From a virus (taxonomy: Duplodnaviria > Caudoviricetes): a DNA stretch of 48,119 nucleotides. Under the pieces are notes generated by a model. That model did no database searches. It had not been told where the DNA came from and was given only the letters and a program-made list of their open reading frames with translations. Shown here one piece after another: positions 33,613 through 41,635 of the stretch (position 1 is its first letter; every line of letters starts with the position of its first letter). Location of the stretch: positions 1 through 48,119 of the IMG/VR virus record IMGVR_UViG_3300049187_000025; one strand, written 5' to 3'. Both the position numbers and the translations under genes were made by a program.

Positions 33613-33816
33613 TTACATGCAAACCATGACTTGAGCGCGCCCAGTGATCTCGGCCGCATTCGGCCGCAGCACCTCGACGGCGATCTGCGACATCAGCAGC
33701 ACCACGCCAGGGTTAGGCCGCAGCACCTCGACGGCGATCTGAGAGGCGTACAGGCTGACGGACGTGTCAGTGCGCAGCACCTCGACGGCGCTTTGGCTGC
33801 TTTGGAGGACAGTCAC
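33613..33816 (-). CDS. Small repeat protein (SQxAVEVLR x3), probable tail-fibre partner
   Basis: GTGA-coupled to 33813..34835. Confidence 0.7.
   Translation of the reverse strand: MTVLQSSQSAVEVLRTDTSVSLYASQIAVEVLRPNPGVVLLMSQIAVEVLRPNAAEITGRAQVMVCM
33662..33790. repeat. Three direct repeats with core cgcagcacctcgacggcg
   Basis: Copies near 33662, 33716 and 33773; the first two share 26 nt. Confidence 0.85.
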
Positions 33817-34835
33817 GCGGCCACCTTGACGCCAAATTCAGCGGCATTGACGCTGGTCTGCGTCCATGCCGCGGCGGCGGAATCGGCCTCGTAAATGCTG
33901 TTGTAGACGAGCTGCGATGTACTCAGCGCTTGAGTCGACCCGGCCACATTGCTTCCAGATGAGCGCGCCACGACAGCGACCGAGCGTGAGCCGGCGTCAT
34001 CCTTCAGCGCGGCTGAATTGACCTGCACTCCGTAGACTGTCGAGGTCACCAACGTCGTCAGGTCGGGGTAGGTATAGAGGTCGATGTCACCCGAGTTGGA
34101 GCTGCTGACATAGTCCGTGGTGTTCGGATCAACCTCGTCGACCAGACTCCAGTGAGCGCTACCAGTGCTTGGCGTGAAATTGCTGGTCGTTCCGTCTCCG
34201 GTCGGGAGCAGCGTGTCCACGCGACAATCGCCGAGGAAGTCGTTGTTCGTGGAGCCGGACTGGTCGCACACATACAGGTCGTCGAAGAGTTCGGTGGCGA
34301 CATTCGTCCCGGACGCGCAGCCAAGGCGAACTTGATTGGCCGAAGCGTTCGCCGTGTTCTTCAAATCTTGACCGGTCGTGACCGTGATGGCGTCGACGCC
34401 GCTGATCCTCACTTTGCAACTGTTCGCGCCGATCGAGTCGGCGATGGTGACCTTCCACTCAAGGTAGTAGTACGCCCCGGCAGATAACGCAGTCACCGAT
34501 GTTCCGCCAGTGACCGCGCTCCCGTTCCGCGTCACAGACAGCGTGCCGTCGGCGTTTATCCGCAACTCGCACTGCAACGTCCCAGCGTCCAGGAGCGCGC
34601 AAATTGAGGCGCTACCCGTGACCGATCCCGTGTACTGGAATGCAAAGCCGATGACCCATGAGGCGGTTGCGGCGAGCGTTTTGGTAACGACGCCGCTGCT
34701 GCTACTTGCGGTTGCCAGATTGCCACTGCTCCGGCGCCCGGAGGAACCGATCGTTGCGGACGCGCCTGCCGTCGTCCATTTCTTGGCGATGTTGGCGGTG
34801 GCGTAATGGTCGAAGCCATCGACGAATAGCAACAT
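33813..34835 (-). CDS. Putative virion structural protein, lectin/concanavalin-like beta sandwich
   Basis: MLLFVDGFDHY, YYYLEWKV, FDDLYVCD...NNDFLGDCRV, VNAAEFGVK; Ser/Thr-rich. Confidence 0.7.
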   Translation of the reverse strand: MLLFVDGFDHYATANIAKKWTTAGASATIGSSGRRSSGNLATASSSSGVVTKTLAATASWVIGFAFQYTGSVTGSASICALLDAGTLQCELRINADGTLSVTRNGSAVTGGTSVTALSAGAYYYLEWKVTIADSIGANSCKVRISGVDAITVTTGQDLKNTANASANQVRLGCASGTNVATELFDDLYVCDQSGSTNNDFLGDCRVDTLLPTGDGTTSNFTPSTGSAHWSLVDEVDPNTTDYVSSSNSGDIDLYTYPDLTTLVTSTVYGVQVNSAALKDDAGSRSVAVVARSSGSNVAGSTQALSTSQLVYNSIYEADSAAAAWTQTSVNAAEFGVKVAA

Positions 34836-34847
34836 GGTTCGGAGCCC

Positions 34848-36461
34848 TTATGAGCGAACGAAATAGATCGACGCAGCGAAGTTCGCCAGCGTCGCGTCAG
34901 GCGAGGCGGGCGCCCAGAAGGTGAGGTAGTCGGTGCCGCCGGTCAGCGTGAAGCCAGAGGCCGCAATGAACGTCGGCACCGTGCCGGCGGCGGCCCATCG
35001 AATCGTCCCGACGCTGGTGCCGTTGGCCGACGTGGTCGCGTTCTTGCGGACGTCGATGTCGGTCTGTGCCGTTGCCGCAGTCAAGGCCTTGCCCGATGAC
35101 CCGGCGAGCGCAGCAGCAGCGGTGAGCGTCGTGATGCCAGCCGGCGCAGGGAAGATGCCGAGCAATTGGCTGGCAGTGGGCACACCGGGGAAGAACGGGA
35201 TGACGACGGTCGGCTGGTCGGACCACGCGGGATTCGCGCCTGCCCCGCCAGTTCTCAACTCCTGGCCCGCGGTGCCAGCCCCTAGGCGAGTCCAGCCCGT
35301 GGCGTCTCGGATGAGGATATCGCCCTGCGCCGAGCTGGCGATGAAGTTGAGCACCTCGGCGACGGTGCATTCCTCGAAGTCGCCTGAGCCGGCAGTCTTG
35401 CGGGCCAGGACGCGGGCGGTGGCCGAGGCGTTCTGCAGCTTGGCGTAGGTGACCGCGTCGTTCGCGATGCCAAGCGAGCCGCCGGAAAGCGACAGGTCAG
35501 AACCGGCCGCGATCTCTTCAATCGCGCCGGTCGATGCTGTGGTGCGGCCTAGCAGCTTGGCCGTGGCCATCGTCAGGCCGCTCGTCGTCACCGGGCCTTC
35601 CGTGCGCCCTTGGAACGAGATGGAGACGGCCTTGTTGTCGACGATGCTGCCGCCGTTGGCCATCAGCGTCAGGGACGTGAACTTGTAGTAGCCGCTGCCA
35701 GCGGTGGGCGCGGCGCCCCACTTCCAAAGCTGCCACTTCGTCGCGTCGTCTTCCTGCGCGAGGTGGATGTAGCCAACCTGTGGCAGCGAGGCGAAGTAGG
35801 TCGTCAGGCTGACACCGGCAGCGGTCTGGTTGTCGATGTAGAGTTCGGTCGCGCTGGCCTGCGTGGCGTTGTTCCACTTGAACAGGCCATTGCCGGGATC
35901 GCTGTCGGCAGTGCTCCCCGTGTCGCTGGTGTAGACCTCGTCGGTGTCGGCGTCGGTCGTGGCGCTGAGCGTAGCGATCGCGGCGCCAGCCTCCTGCAGC
36001 ACGGCCTCGACATCGGTGCCAGTCCAATACGTGCCAACGTCGACCACTGACACATCAGCCGCAGTGACCGCGCCGAGCACGGCTGAGGCGGTGTCGAAGA
36101 TGCCGGCCGGGCTCAGACGCTCGTCGTTCCACGCCGTCAGCACGCCAGCAGCAAAGACGACGCTTGCGATGCGTCCGTAGTTGACGGCGTCATCCCAATT
36201 CGTTGTTGCAGTGCTGACGCTGGCCACCAGCGTGCCGCGATGAACGACGATGTAATTCGTGTCGTCGTCGGTGCAAGCGAGCGTGTCGTCAGCGACCGTC
36301 GTCTCGTCGAAGTTGCCGCCCGCCAGGCCCACGGTGAGACCGGTGTCGGCCGTCACATCGTGAGCCCAGATGAAGGCCTGCCCGAGGGCGGCCATGTTCT
36401 CGTTCAGTTGCACCTCGGCCAGGGCGGCCGGGGGCGAACTGATCTGCTGCGGGGTGCTCAT
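34848..36461 (-). CDS. Tail fibre / receptor-binding protein
   Basis: Follows the tail-tip gene; Ala/Thr/Gly-rich with LLGRTTASTGAIEEI, NDAVTYAKLQ and QGDILIR...WTRLGAGTAGQ fibre motifs. Confidence 0.75.
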   Translation of the reverse strand: MSTPQQISSPPAALAEVQLNENMAALGQAFIWAHDVTADTGLTVGLAGGNFDETTVADDTLACTDDDTNYIVVHRGTLVASVSTATTNWDDAVNYGRIASVVFAAGVLTAWNDERLSPAGIFDTASAVLGAVTAADVSVVDVGTYWTGTDVEAVLQEAGAAIATLSATTDADTDEVYTSDTGSTADSDPGNGLFKWNNATQASATELYIDNQTAAGVSLTTYFASLPQVGYIHLAQEDDATKWQLWKWGAAPTAGSGYYKFTSLTLMANGGSIVDNKAVSISFQGRTEGPVTTSGLTMATAKLLGRTTASTGAIEEIAAGSDLSLSGGSLGIANDAVTYAKLQNASATARVLARKTAGSGDFEECTVAEVLNFIASSAQGDILIRDATGWTRLGAGTAGQELRTGGAGANPAWSDQPTVVIPFFPGVPTASQLLGIFPAPAGITTLTAAAALAGSSGKALTAATAQTDIDVRKNATTSANGTSVGTIRWAAAGTVPTFIAASGFTLTGGTDYLTFWAPASPDATLANFAASIYFVRS

Positions 36462-39400
36462 GCTGTCGCCTCAAGAAGGTGTCCGCGCCCTACTGTTTCG
36501 CTCATGGCGTACACGCGGGCGGTGATGGGGTCGCCCGGCGTCAGGCCGTCGGCGGTCTGGTCGGCTGCGCTGTAGGCCGCCTCATTGGTGGCAACGGTGA
36601 TCGTGCGAACGATGGTCACGCCGTCGAGGATGTCGACCTCGTAAGCCTCGCTGTCCTCGCCGAGCGGTGGCACGATGCCTTCAGCCAGGAAGCGATAGGA
36701 CAACCGCGAGCGGCGGCGCCATGTCAGCGTGGCGTCATCAGTTCCGACCTCGCGCGCGACGCGGAAGTCGACCGGTGACAGCGGCTTCAAGCGCTCGGCG
36801 GCGATCGTCACCTCTTCGCTGTCGGTGTCACTCAGCGTGGAGCCGATCGAAACGGCTTTGGTGAGCGTCGGGACACCGATCTCACTGGCCTCGATGGCGA
36901 AGTCGCGCAAGGTCGAGGTCGAGAGCAGGACGACTTCGTCACCCACAGCATGCCCAGCCATGGCCCACTCGCTGCCGAGCCGGCCGCGGAGGAATCCGGT
37001 CAGGGTGTAGCTGCCGTCAGCGTTCGTGGTGACGTTCCGGTACTGCAGGATCTCCCAGCCGTCGCCGGAGCGCACCGCAGCGCCGTTGCCGCCGGCCAGG
37101 ACCGCGTCGCGCGTGGCGCTGAAGGGTGTGCCGTTGCGCATGCGCACGGTGAGCGATGTGAACTCGTCGAAGACGTTGCCGCCGCTGAAGTCGCCGAGCA
37201 CGTCGACTGCCGTGCCGATGGAGACGCCGGGTCGCGGGAAAGTGGCCATCGCCCGCCACGAAACGCCCAGGTCCAGGCTTCGATACAGGATGCCGCCGCG
37301 CCAGTGCGGAGCGATGCCCCAGGCTGCCGCGTAGGCCCCCGGCGTGTCGTCAGCATCGGACAACAGCGGGACGTCGAGAAATACCGCGTAGGTCGGCACG
37401 CTGATCGGCGGAACCTGATCGGGGAAACTGCCCACCACGCCGATGCCGTATTGCGTCAAGACCGAAGCGTCGTCGCTGATCCCTTCCCACTTGATCACGC
37501 CGGCCGAGGTGTCGCGGGTGGTGATGAGCGCCCGCTCGCCATCCAGCAGCACGACATCGCCCGGCATTACGCGCGTGAATCGCTTGTCGGTGGCAAAGCT
37601 GATCTGGTTGCGCGCCGCCCAGGAGTCGTACATCAGCAGGTTGGCCAGCCGGAGCTGTTCGTCCGCATCGAGAACCGCCGCGGTCTGGAACTTTCCGACC
37701 TGCCCTGCGCTGGCTGCCTGGCGCTGGGAGAACTGGGTGCCGGCCTGATAGTCGCGCCCGGGGTCCGGAGCGGTGACGCTGTACTGGCTCGGCAGGTCAA
37801 GCTGCTGCGCTCTGACCTTTGTGATCGATGCAGCCTGGCTGCCGTCTTCTGTCGCTCCGCACTCGACGCGCTCGATGACCGCCACCGGATCGGCACCGCG
37901 CATCTTGAAGCGCAGCAGGTCGTCTTCCTCGACGCCGACGAAGCTGTAGACCTGGGCGAGTTGCTGGATGGCAGGCCTCGCTGGACCTACCTGAGACACC
38001 AGATAGCCGCGCAGCGTCTGGTCTAGCTGAGAGACGTCAACATCCGCGGCTTGGAGGTTGGAGCGCTCCGACAGATCGCGCACGCATGCACCGACGGTCG
38101 TTCCGAAGTATGTGAAGGCCCACGGCTGGTAGTTGCCAAGGACGAAGACGCGACCTGTCGTCGTAGTGTCAGGATAGAAATCCACCACACCAAGCCGCAG
38201 TCTGTCCGGATCGGTCACTTCGTCGTAAGCAGCCTTTACTTCAAGCGTTTCAGCGTCGATGGCCGCGATTTGCACATAGCCGACTAAAGCGGCTAGTTTC
38301 AGTATGCAATCCGTACTCGCGTCATATGTCACGCCGAGGTTGATTCCATCCGTATAGCCGGTGGTGACAGCCGTTATGACAGGGCTTGTGCTGTCCGTGA
38401 CAGTGAAGCACTCGTCGTCGTCTGAGTTGAAGACGACGTACCGGCGTCGCATGGGGTCATATGCCGCCGCGCACGTCGGCAACGCATGGCCCGGGACATT
38501 CCCGACGATGGCATCCATCGCCTCGAACCCGACCACGTAATCGAGCCCGATGTAGCCGCACCGCTCAGCGTTAATGATGTCGGTGCCAGACAGCCCGGCA
38601 CCAGCCAGCACGACGTTCTGTCCGCCAGCGCGCACCCATTGCGCGTTTGGTCGGTGGAACACGCGCTGACGAACAGGGTCCCACACCATGCAGGAGGTGC
38701 CACCAAACATCGCACCGTTGAAAAAATCACCAAGGTATGCAAGGCTGGTCGCGTCGAACCGCAGTACGTTGTCATCGGTGCCGGCGATCCACACCTCGTT
38801 CAGCGGCGGCACATAGCAAACGTGCGAATCTTCGATCCCGCCATCTGCTGTTAGGTCGTGGTCCACTGACAGGACGATCGCTCCCGTCTGCTGGTCAAGA
38901 ACAGATAGGCGCAGGACGCCGCCGAGCTGCTGGGCGCCGATGATGTTGCCGTCCAGGCGCTGCGTCGAAGCGAACCACTGTTCCTCCTGCTCAACGCCGA
39001 GCTCTTCTTCGGTGATGTCGAACTCTCCATCACTCACGAGTTCGACCGTGAAGTTGCAAGGCCAGCCTGTCTTCTCAACTGGCATCGCGTCGAAGACCAG
39101 ATACGAGTAACCGCGATATGCAGGCGTCAACCCGACGCCCTTCTCCGCCTCCATAAGCGGATCAGGAAGCTGGTCCTCTGAGCCGCGGTAGAACGTGAGC
39201 CCGAAGTTAGGCAAGACCGAATCGATCAGGCCACCGTCATAGAGCAGCATCGCTCCGGCCCAGATGCGACGCACGGAGCGCGATGGCGTCTGGCTCAACA
39301 GCAGCGCAAAGGTCGCTGTGTAGGTGTAGATCGTGGTCGACTGCGCCGGCTGACCTGACTTGCCGCCGGTCTCGTCGGTGTCGGACGTCTCTGTGAGGGC

Positions 39401-39646
39401 ATCGCCCAACAGCCAGATGATGTTGCCGCTTATCCGATTGCTGCCGTAGGCGAACGGTATCGCCGTGCCGAAGGAACTCGTGAGGAGCTTGCGGTCCTCC
39501 AGGCGCGGCCCGAAAGCGTCCGGCAGCGTGTCGAGGCTGGCGCCGAGGTAGGAGCCAATGCCACCGCCGATGGCCGCGCCGACCGGCCCGAAGTAGGAGC
39601 CGAGCGCCTGTCCGACGATCGACAGGATCTGCTGATTGCTGCTCAT
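36458..39646 (-). CDS. Tail tip / host-specificity protein (GTA-type)
   Basis: GPRLED...IPFAYGSNRISGNIIW, PAYRGYSYLVF, EILQY, LTGFLRGRLGSE...HAVGD, WRRRSR, YEVDI. Confidence 0.9.
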   Translation of the reverse strand: MSSNQQILSIVGQALGSYFGPVGAAIGGGIGSYLGASLDTLPDAFGPRLEDRKLLTSSFGTAIPFAYGSNRISGNIIWLLGDALTETSDTDETGGKSGQPAQSTTIYTYTATFALLLSQTPSRSVRRIWAGAMLLYDGGLIDSVLPNFGLTFYRGSEDQLPDPLMEAEKGVGLTPAYRGYSYLVFDAMPVEKTGWPCNFTVELVSDGEFDITEEELGVEQEEQWFASTQRLDGNIIGAQQLGGVLRLSVLDQQTGAIVLSVDHDLTADGGIEDSHVCYVPPLNEVWIAGTDDNVLRFDATSLAYLGDFFNGAMFGGTSCMVWDPVRQRVFHRPNAQWVRAGGQNVVLAGAGLSGTDIINAERCGYIGLDYVVGFEAMDAIVGNVPGHALPTCAAAYDPMRRRYVVFNSDDDECFTVTDSTSPVITAVTTGYTDGINLGVTYDASTDCILKLAALVGYVQIAAIDAETLEVKAAYDEVTDPDRLRLGVVDFYPDTTTTGRVFVLGNYQPWAFTYFGTTVGACVRDLSERSNLQAADVDVSQLDQTLRGYLVSQVGPARPAIQQLAQVYSFVGVEEDDLLRFKMRGADPVAVIERVECGATEDGSQAASITKVRAQQLDLPSQYSVTAPDPGRDYQAGTQFSQRQAASAGQVGKFQTAAVLDADEQLRLANLLMYDSWAARNQISFATDKRFTRVMPGDVVLLDGERALITTRDTSAGVIKWEGISDDASVLTQYGIGVVGSFPDQVPPISVPTYAVFLDVPLLSDADDTPGAYAAAWGIAPHWRGGILYRSLDLGVSWRAMATFPRPGVSIGTAVDVLGDFSGGNVFDEFTSLTVRMRNGTPFSATRDAVLAGGNGAAVRSGDGWEILQYRNVTTNADGSYTLTGFLRGRLGSEWAMAGHAVGDEVVLLSTSTLRDFAIEASEIGVPTLTKAVSIGSTLSDTDSEEVTIAAERLKPLSPVDFRVAREVGTDDATLTWRRRSRLSYRFLAEGIVPPLGEDSEAYEVDILDGVTIVRTITVATNEAAYSAADQTADGLTPGDPITARVYAMSETVGRGHLLEATA

Positions 39647-40086
39647 GGGTATGTCACGCCAGGCAGGCGGTAGAGCTCGACGATCGCGGCGATCCAGTGA
39701 GACGTCATGCGGTGCTCACAAACGCCGCCGGCCTTGACGTTGCCGTGGATGAGCGAGACGCCGTCGCGGTAGTCGCCAACGAAGCCGACGTGGTGCGGAT
39801 TCAGGCCAATGCGCAGCGCGACCGCATGGCCGGGGCGAGGCGTGGTGCCCACCGGTTCGGCGATCAGGAAACGGCGCATGCCGGCCAGGAGTTCCTTACC
39901 GTCAGGCAGGCGCCCATAGGAGGCGTCATCCGGCACCGTGCACCCGACGCGCCGGCCGACCTCCACCAGGAGGCCGAGGCAGTCCAGCCCGGCATCGGCC
40001 CGGCGACCCTGGTGCACCCACTTGACGCGCAGGAGCGATCGCGCCGCGGCGACCACATCCGCGGCGGTTGGAGCTTCGACGGTCAT
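39643..40086 (-). CDS. NlpC/P60-family tail peptidase
   Basis: WVHQGR...GLDCLGL, HHVG, LIH. Confidence 0.9.
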   Translation of the reverse strand: MTVEAPTAADVVAAARSLLRVKWVHQGRRADAGLDCLGLLVEVGRRVGCTVPDDASYGRLPDGKELLAGMRRFLIAEPVGTTPRPGHAVALRIGLNPHHVGFVGDYRDGVSLIHGNVKAGGVCEHRMTSHWIAAIVELYRLPGVTYP

Positions 40087-40982
40087 TCGGTGGGCTGGTG
40101 CTGGCCGGGCGTCTTCATGGTCGCGTCCAGACCAGGAAGGAAGTCGAAGCCACGGAAGTTGATGACGTTGCCGAAGCGCGGTCCGCACATGCCGGCGCGA
40201 GACTTGGTGCAGCCGGCCACGATGATGAAGGTGTCCCCGGGGGAGATTGGATCGGCCATGGGCAGATGGAGCTCGACGCGGCCATCGATGGTGTAGTGCT
40301 TCACGTCCATCCGCAGGCCCGTGTTGGCTCCGGTGTTCCAGGTCAGGACGCCGTCGTCGAAGTAGGCGAGGTCCGGCGCGCCGGTCGTGTCGGGCGTCAG
40401 GCGAACGATGGCCGCGGACAGGTCGGTGTCGAAAACGCGCTGGTCGGTCTCGGCTGCCGTCACCGTGCCGGTGGTGGTGTAGTCGGTCAGCACGACCTTG
40501 CAGCGCGCGTCCCCGAGCTGCGCGGTGCAGCCCGGCCCGGTCACCTCGCCGATGGAGGCATTCAGGGAAGCGGCGAGGCCGCGGAACTCAGAGGTGTAGC
40601 CGTTGTCGGCCACGGTGATCTGGCCGAGCCGCCCACGCTTGGCCTTGAGCACGCCCATCGACGTATCGGCCCAGTTGATCTCCATGAGCCGCACGTCGGC
40701 GTGATCCCAGACCCCGCCGGCCACGTCGACGGCGGTCAGCGTGCCGCTTGAGAGGAAACCGGTCACGTCCAGGTTGTCGACGGACAGGTTCGATCCCTGC
40801 TGGATGTTGCTGGCCGAGATGCCGAGGTCTGCCCTGTAACGCAGGCCGGCGTAGATGATGTCCTCGTCGTGGTCGGTGAAGCCGTAGATGCGCCCGTCTT
40901 CGCGGGTAACCTTCCACAGCCGCGCCAGCGTGGTGAACCGCCGCGTGACGTGCGCCGCGAGCGCGGAGGATGCCGAGCGCAT
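40083..40982 (-). CDS. DUF2163/BR0599-family tail hub protein
   Basis: TTLARLWKVTREDG...GFTDHD, CTAQLGDARC, AGCTKS...C...RFGNVINFRGF. Confidence 0.92.
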   Translation of the reverse strand: MRSASSALAAHVTRRFTTLARLWKVTREDGRIYGFTDHDEDIIYAGLRYRADLGISASNIQQGSNLSVDNLDVTGFLSSGTLTAVDVAGGVWDHADVRLMEINWADTSMGVLKAKRGRLGQITVADNGYTSEFRGLAASLNASIGEVTGPGCTAQLGDARCKVVLTDYTTTGTVTAAETDQRVFDTDLSAAIVRLTPDTTGAPDLAYFDDGVLTWNTGANTGLRMDVKHYTIDGRVELHLPMADPISPGDTFIIVAGCTKSRAGMCGPRFGNVINFRGFDFLPGLDATMKTPGQHQPTE

Positions 40983-41635
40983 CAGATGTCCCCGTCGGCG
41001 TTGCGCTCGCGCGCCTCGACGATCTCAAGCGACTCCACGCGCACCAGCAGATCGCCACCCTCCGGACTCCGGTCAACCGCCGCCGCAGGGAATCTGTCGG
41101 AGCCGTAGCGGCACGGCACGAAGAACTGGCCCGACCATGTGTAGGTGTCGCCGCCGACGTGCCCCGTAACCGTGACGCGGCCGGTGGTCAGGCTCACCGT
41201 GGCTGTGGCCACCGAGACGACGCCGGCCCGGGTGCGGTAGACCACGACGCCTGACTTCGGCCGGGTGATCCAGCGCTGCCACCCATCGGCGCCGCTGCCG
41301 TAGACCTTCACCAGCTGGTAGTCGCCGGCCGGGGAATCGCCGTTGTCGATCAAGACGCCTTCGACCGCCTGGCACTTGTAGTCGAGCGGATCGGTGAAGG
41401 GGAAGACCTTGCCGCGGCCGCGCACGCTGTGAAAGTGCGCGCGGGCCAGCTTGTAGTCGGCCTCCGTCCTAATGGCCAGGCTCACGTCGAAGCGATGTTT
41501 GGCGTTGGCCCAGTTCTGGTTCGCGCTCTCATAGCCGCCGAAGGTCTCGGCCAGGCTCGTGGACCATCCTGGCTCAGACACCGCCCCAAGGGCCAGCCTG
41601 CGCGGGAACTCCAGGTCGACAAAGTCGGTGGCCAT
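40982..41635 (-). CDS. DUF2460-family distal tail protein
   Basis: FPRRLALGA...PGWST...GGYE..N..W, FTDPLDY, QLVKVY, FFVPCRY. Confidence 0.9.
   Translation of the reverse strand: MATDFVDLEFPRRLALGAVSEPGWSTSLAETFGGYESANQNWANAKHRFDVSLAIRTEADYKLARAHFHSVRGRGKVFPFTDPLDYKCQAVEGVLIDNGDSPAGDYQLVKVYGSGADGWQRWITRPKSGVVVYRTRAGVVSVATATVSLTTGRVTVTGHVGGDTYTWSGQFFVPCRYGSDRFPAAAVDRSPEGGDLLVRVESLEIVEARERNADGDI

Noticed and set aside
33662-33790. CRISPR mini-array
   Set aside because: The repeats keep the frame of a coupled ORF and encode a peptide repeat; only three copies, no leader and no cas genes.
8907-39450. Diversity-generating retroelement (TR/VR) linking 8907..9266 and the tail-tip gene
   Set aside because: The similarity is at protein level with mostly synonymous changes at all bases, not adenine-specific, and no reverse transcriptase is visible.
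33813-39646. Tail-fibre shufflon or invertible host-range cassette
   Set aside because: All tail genes are co-oriented; I saw no invertase or inverted crossover repeats here.
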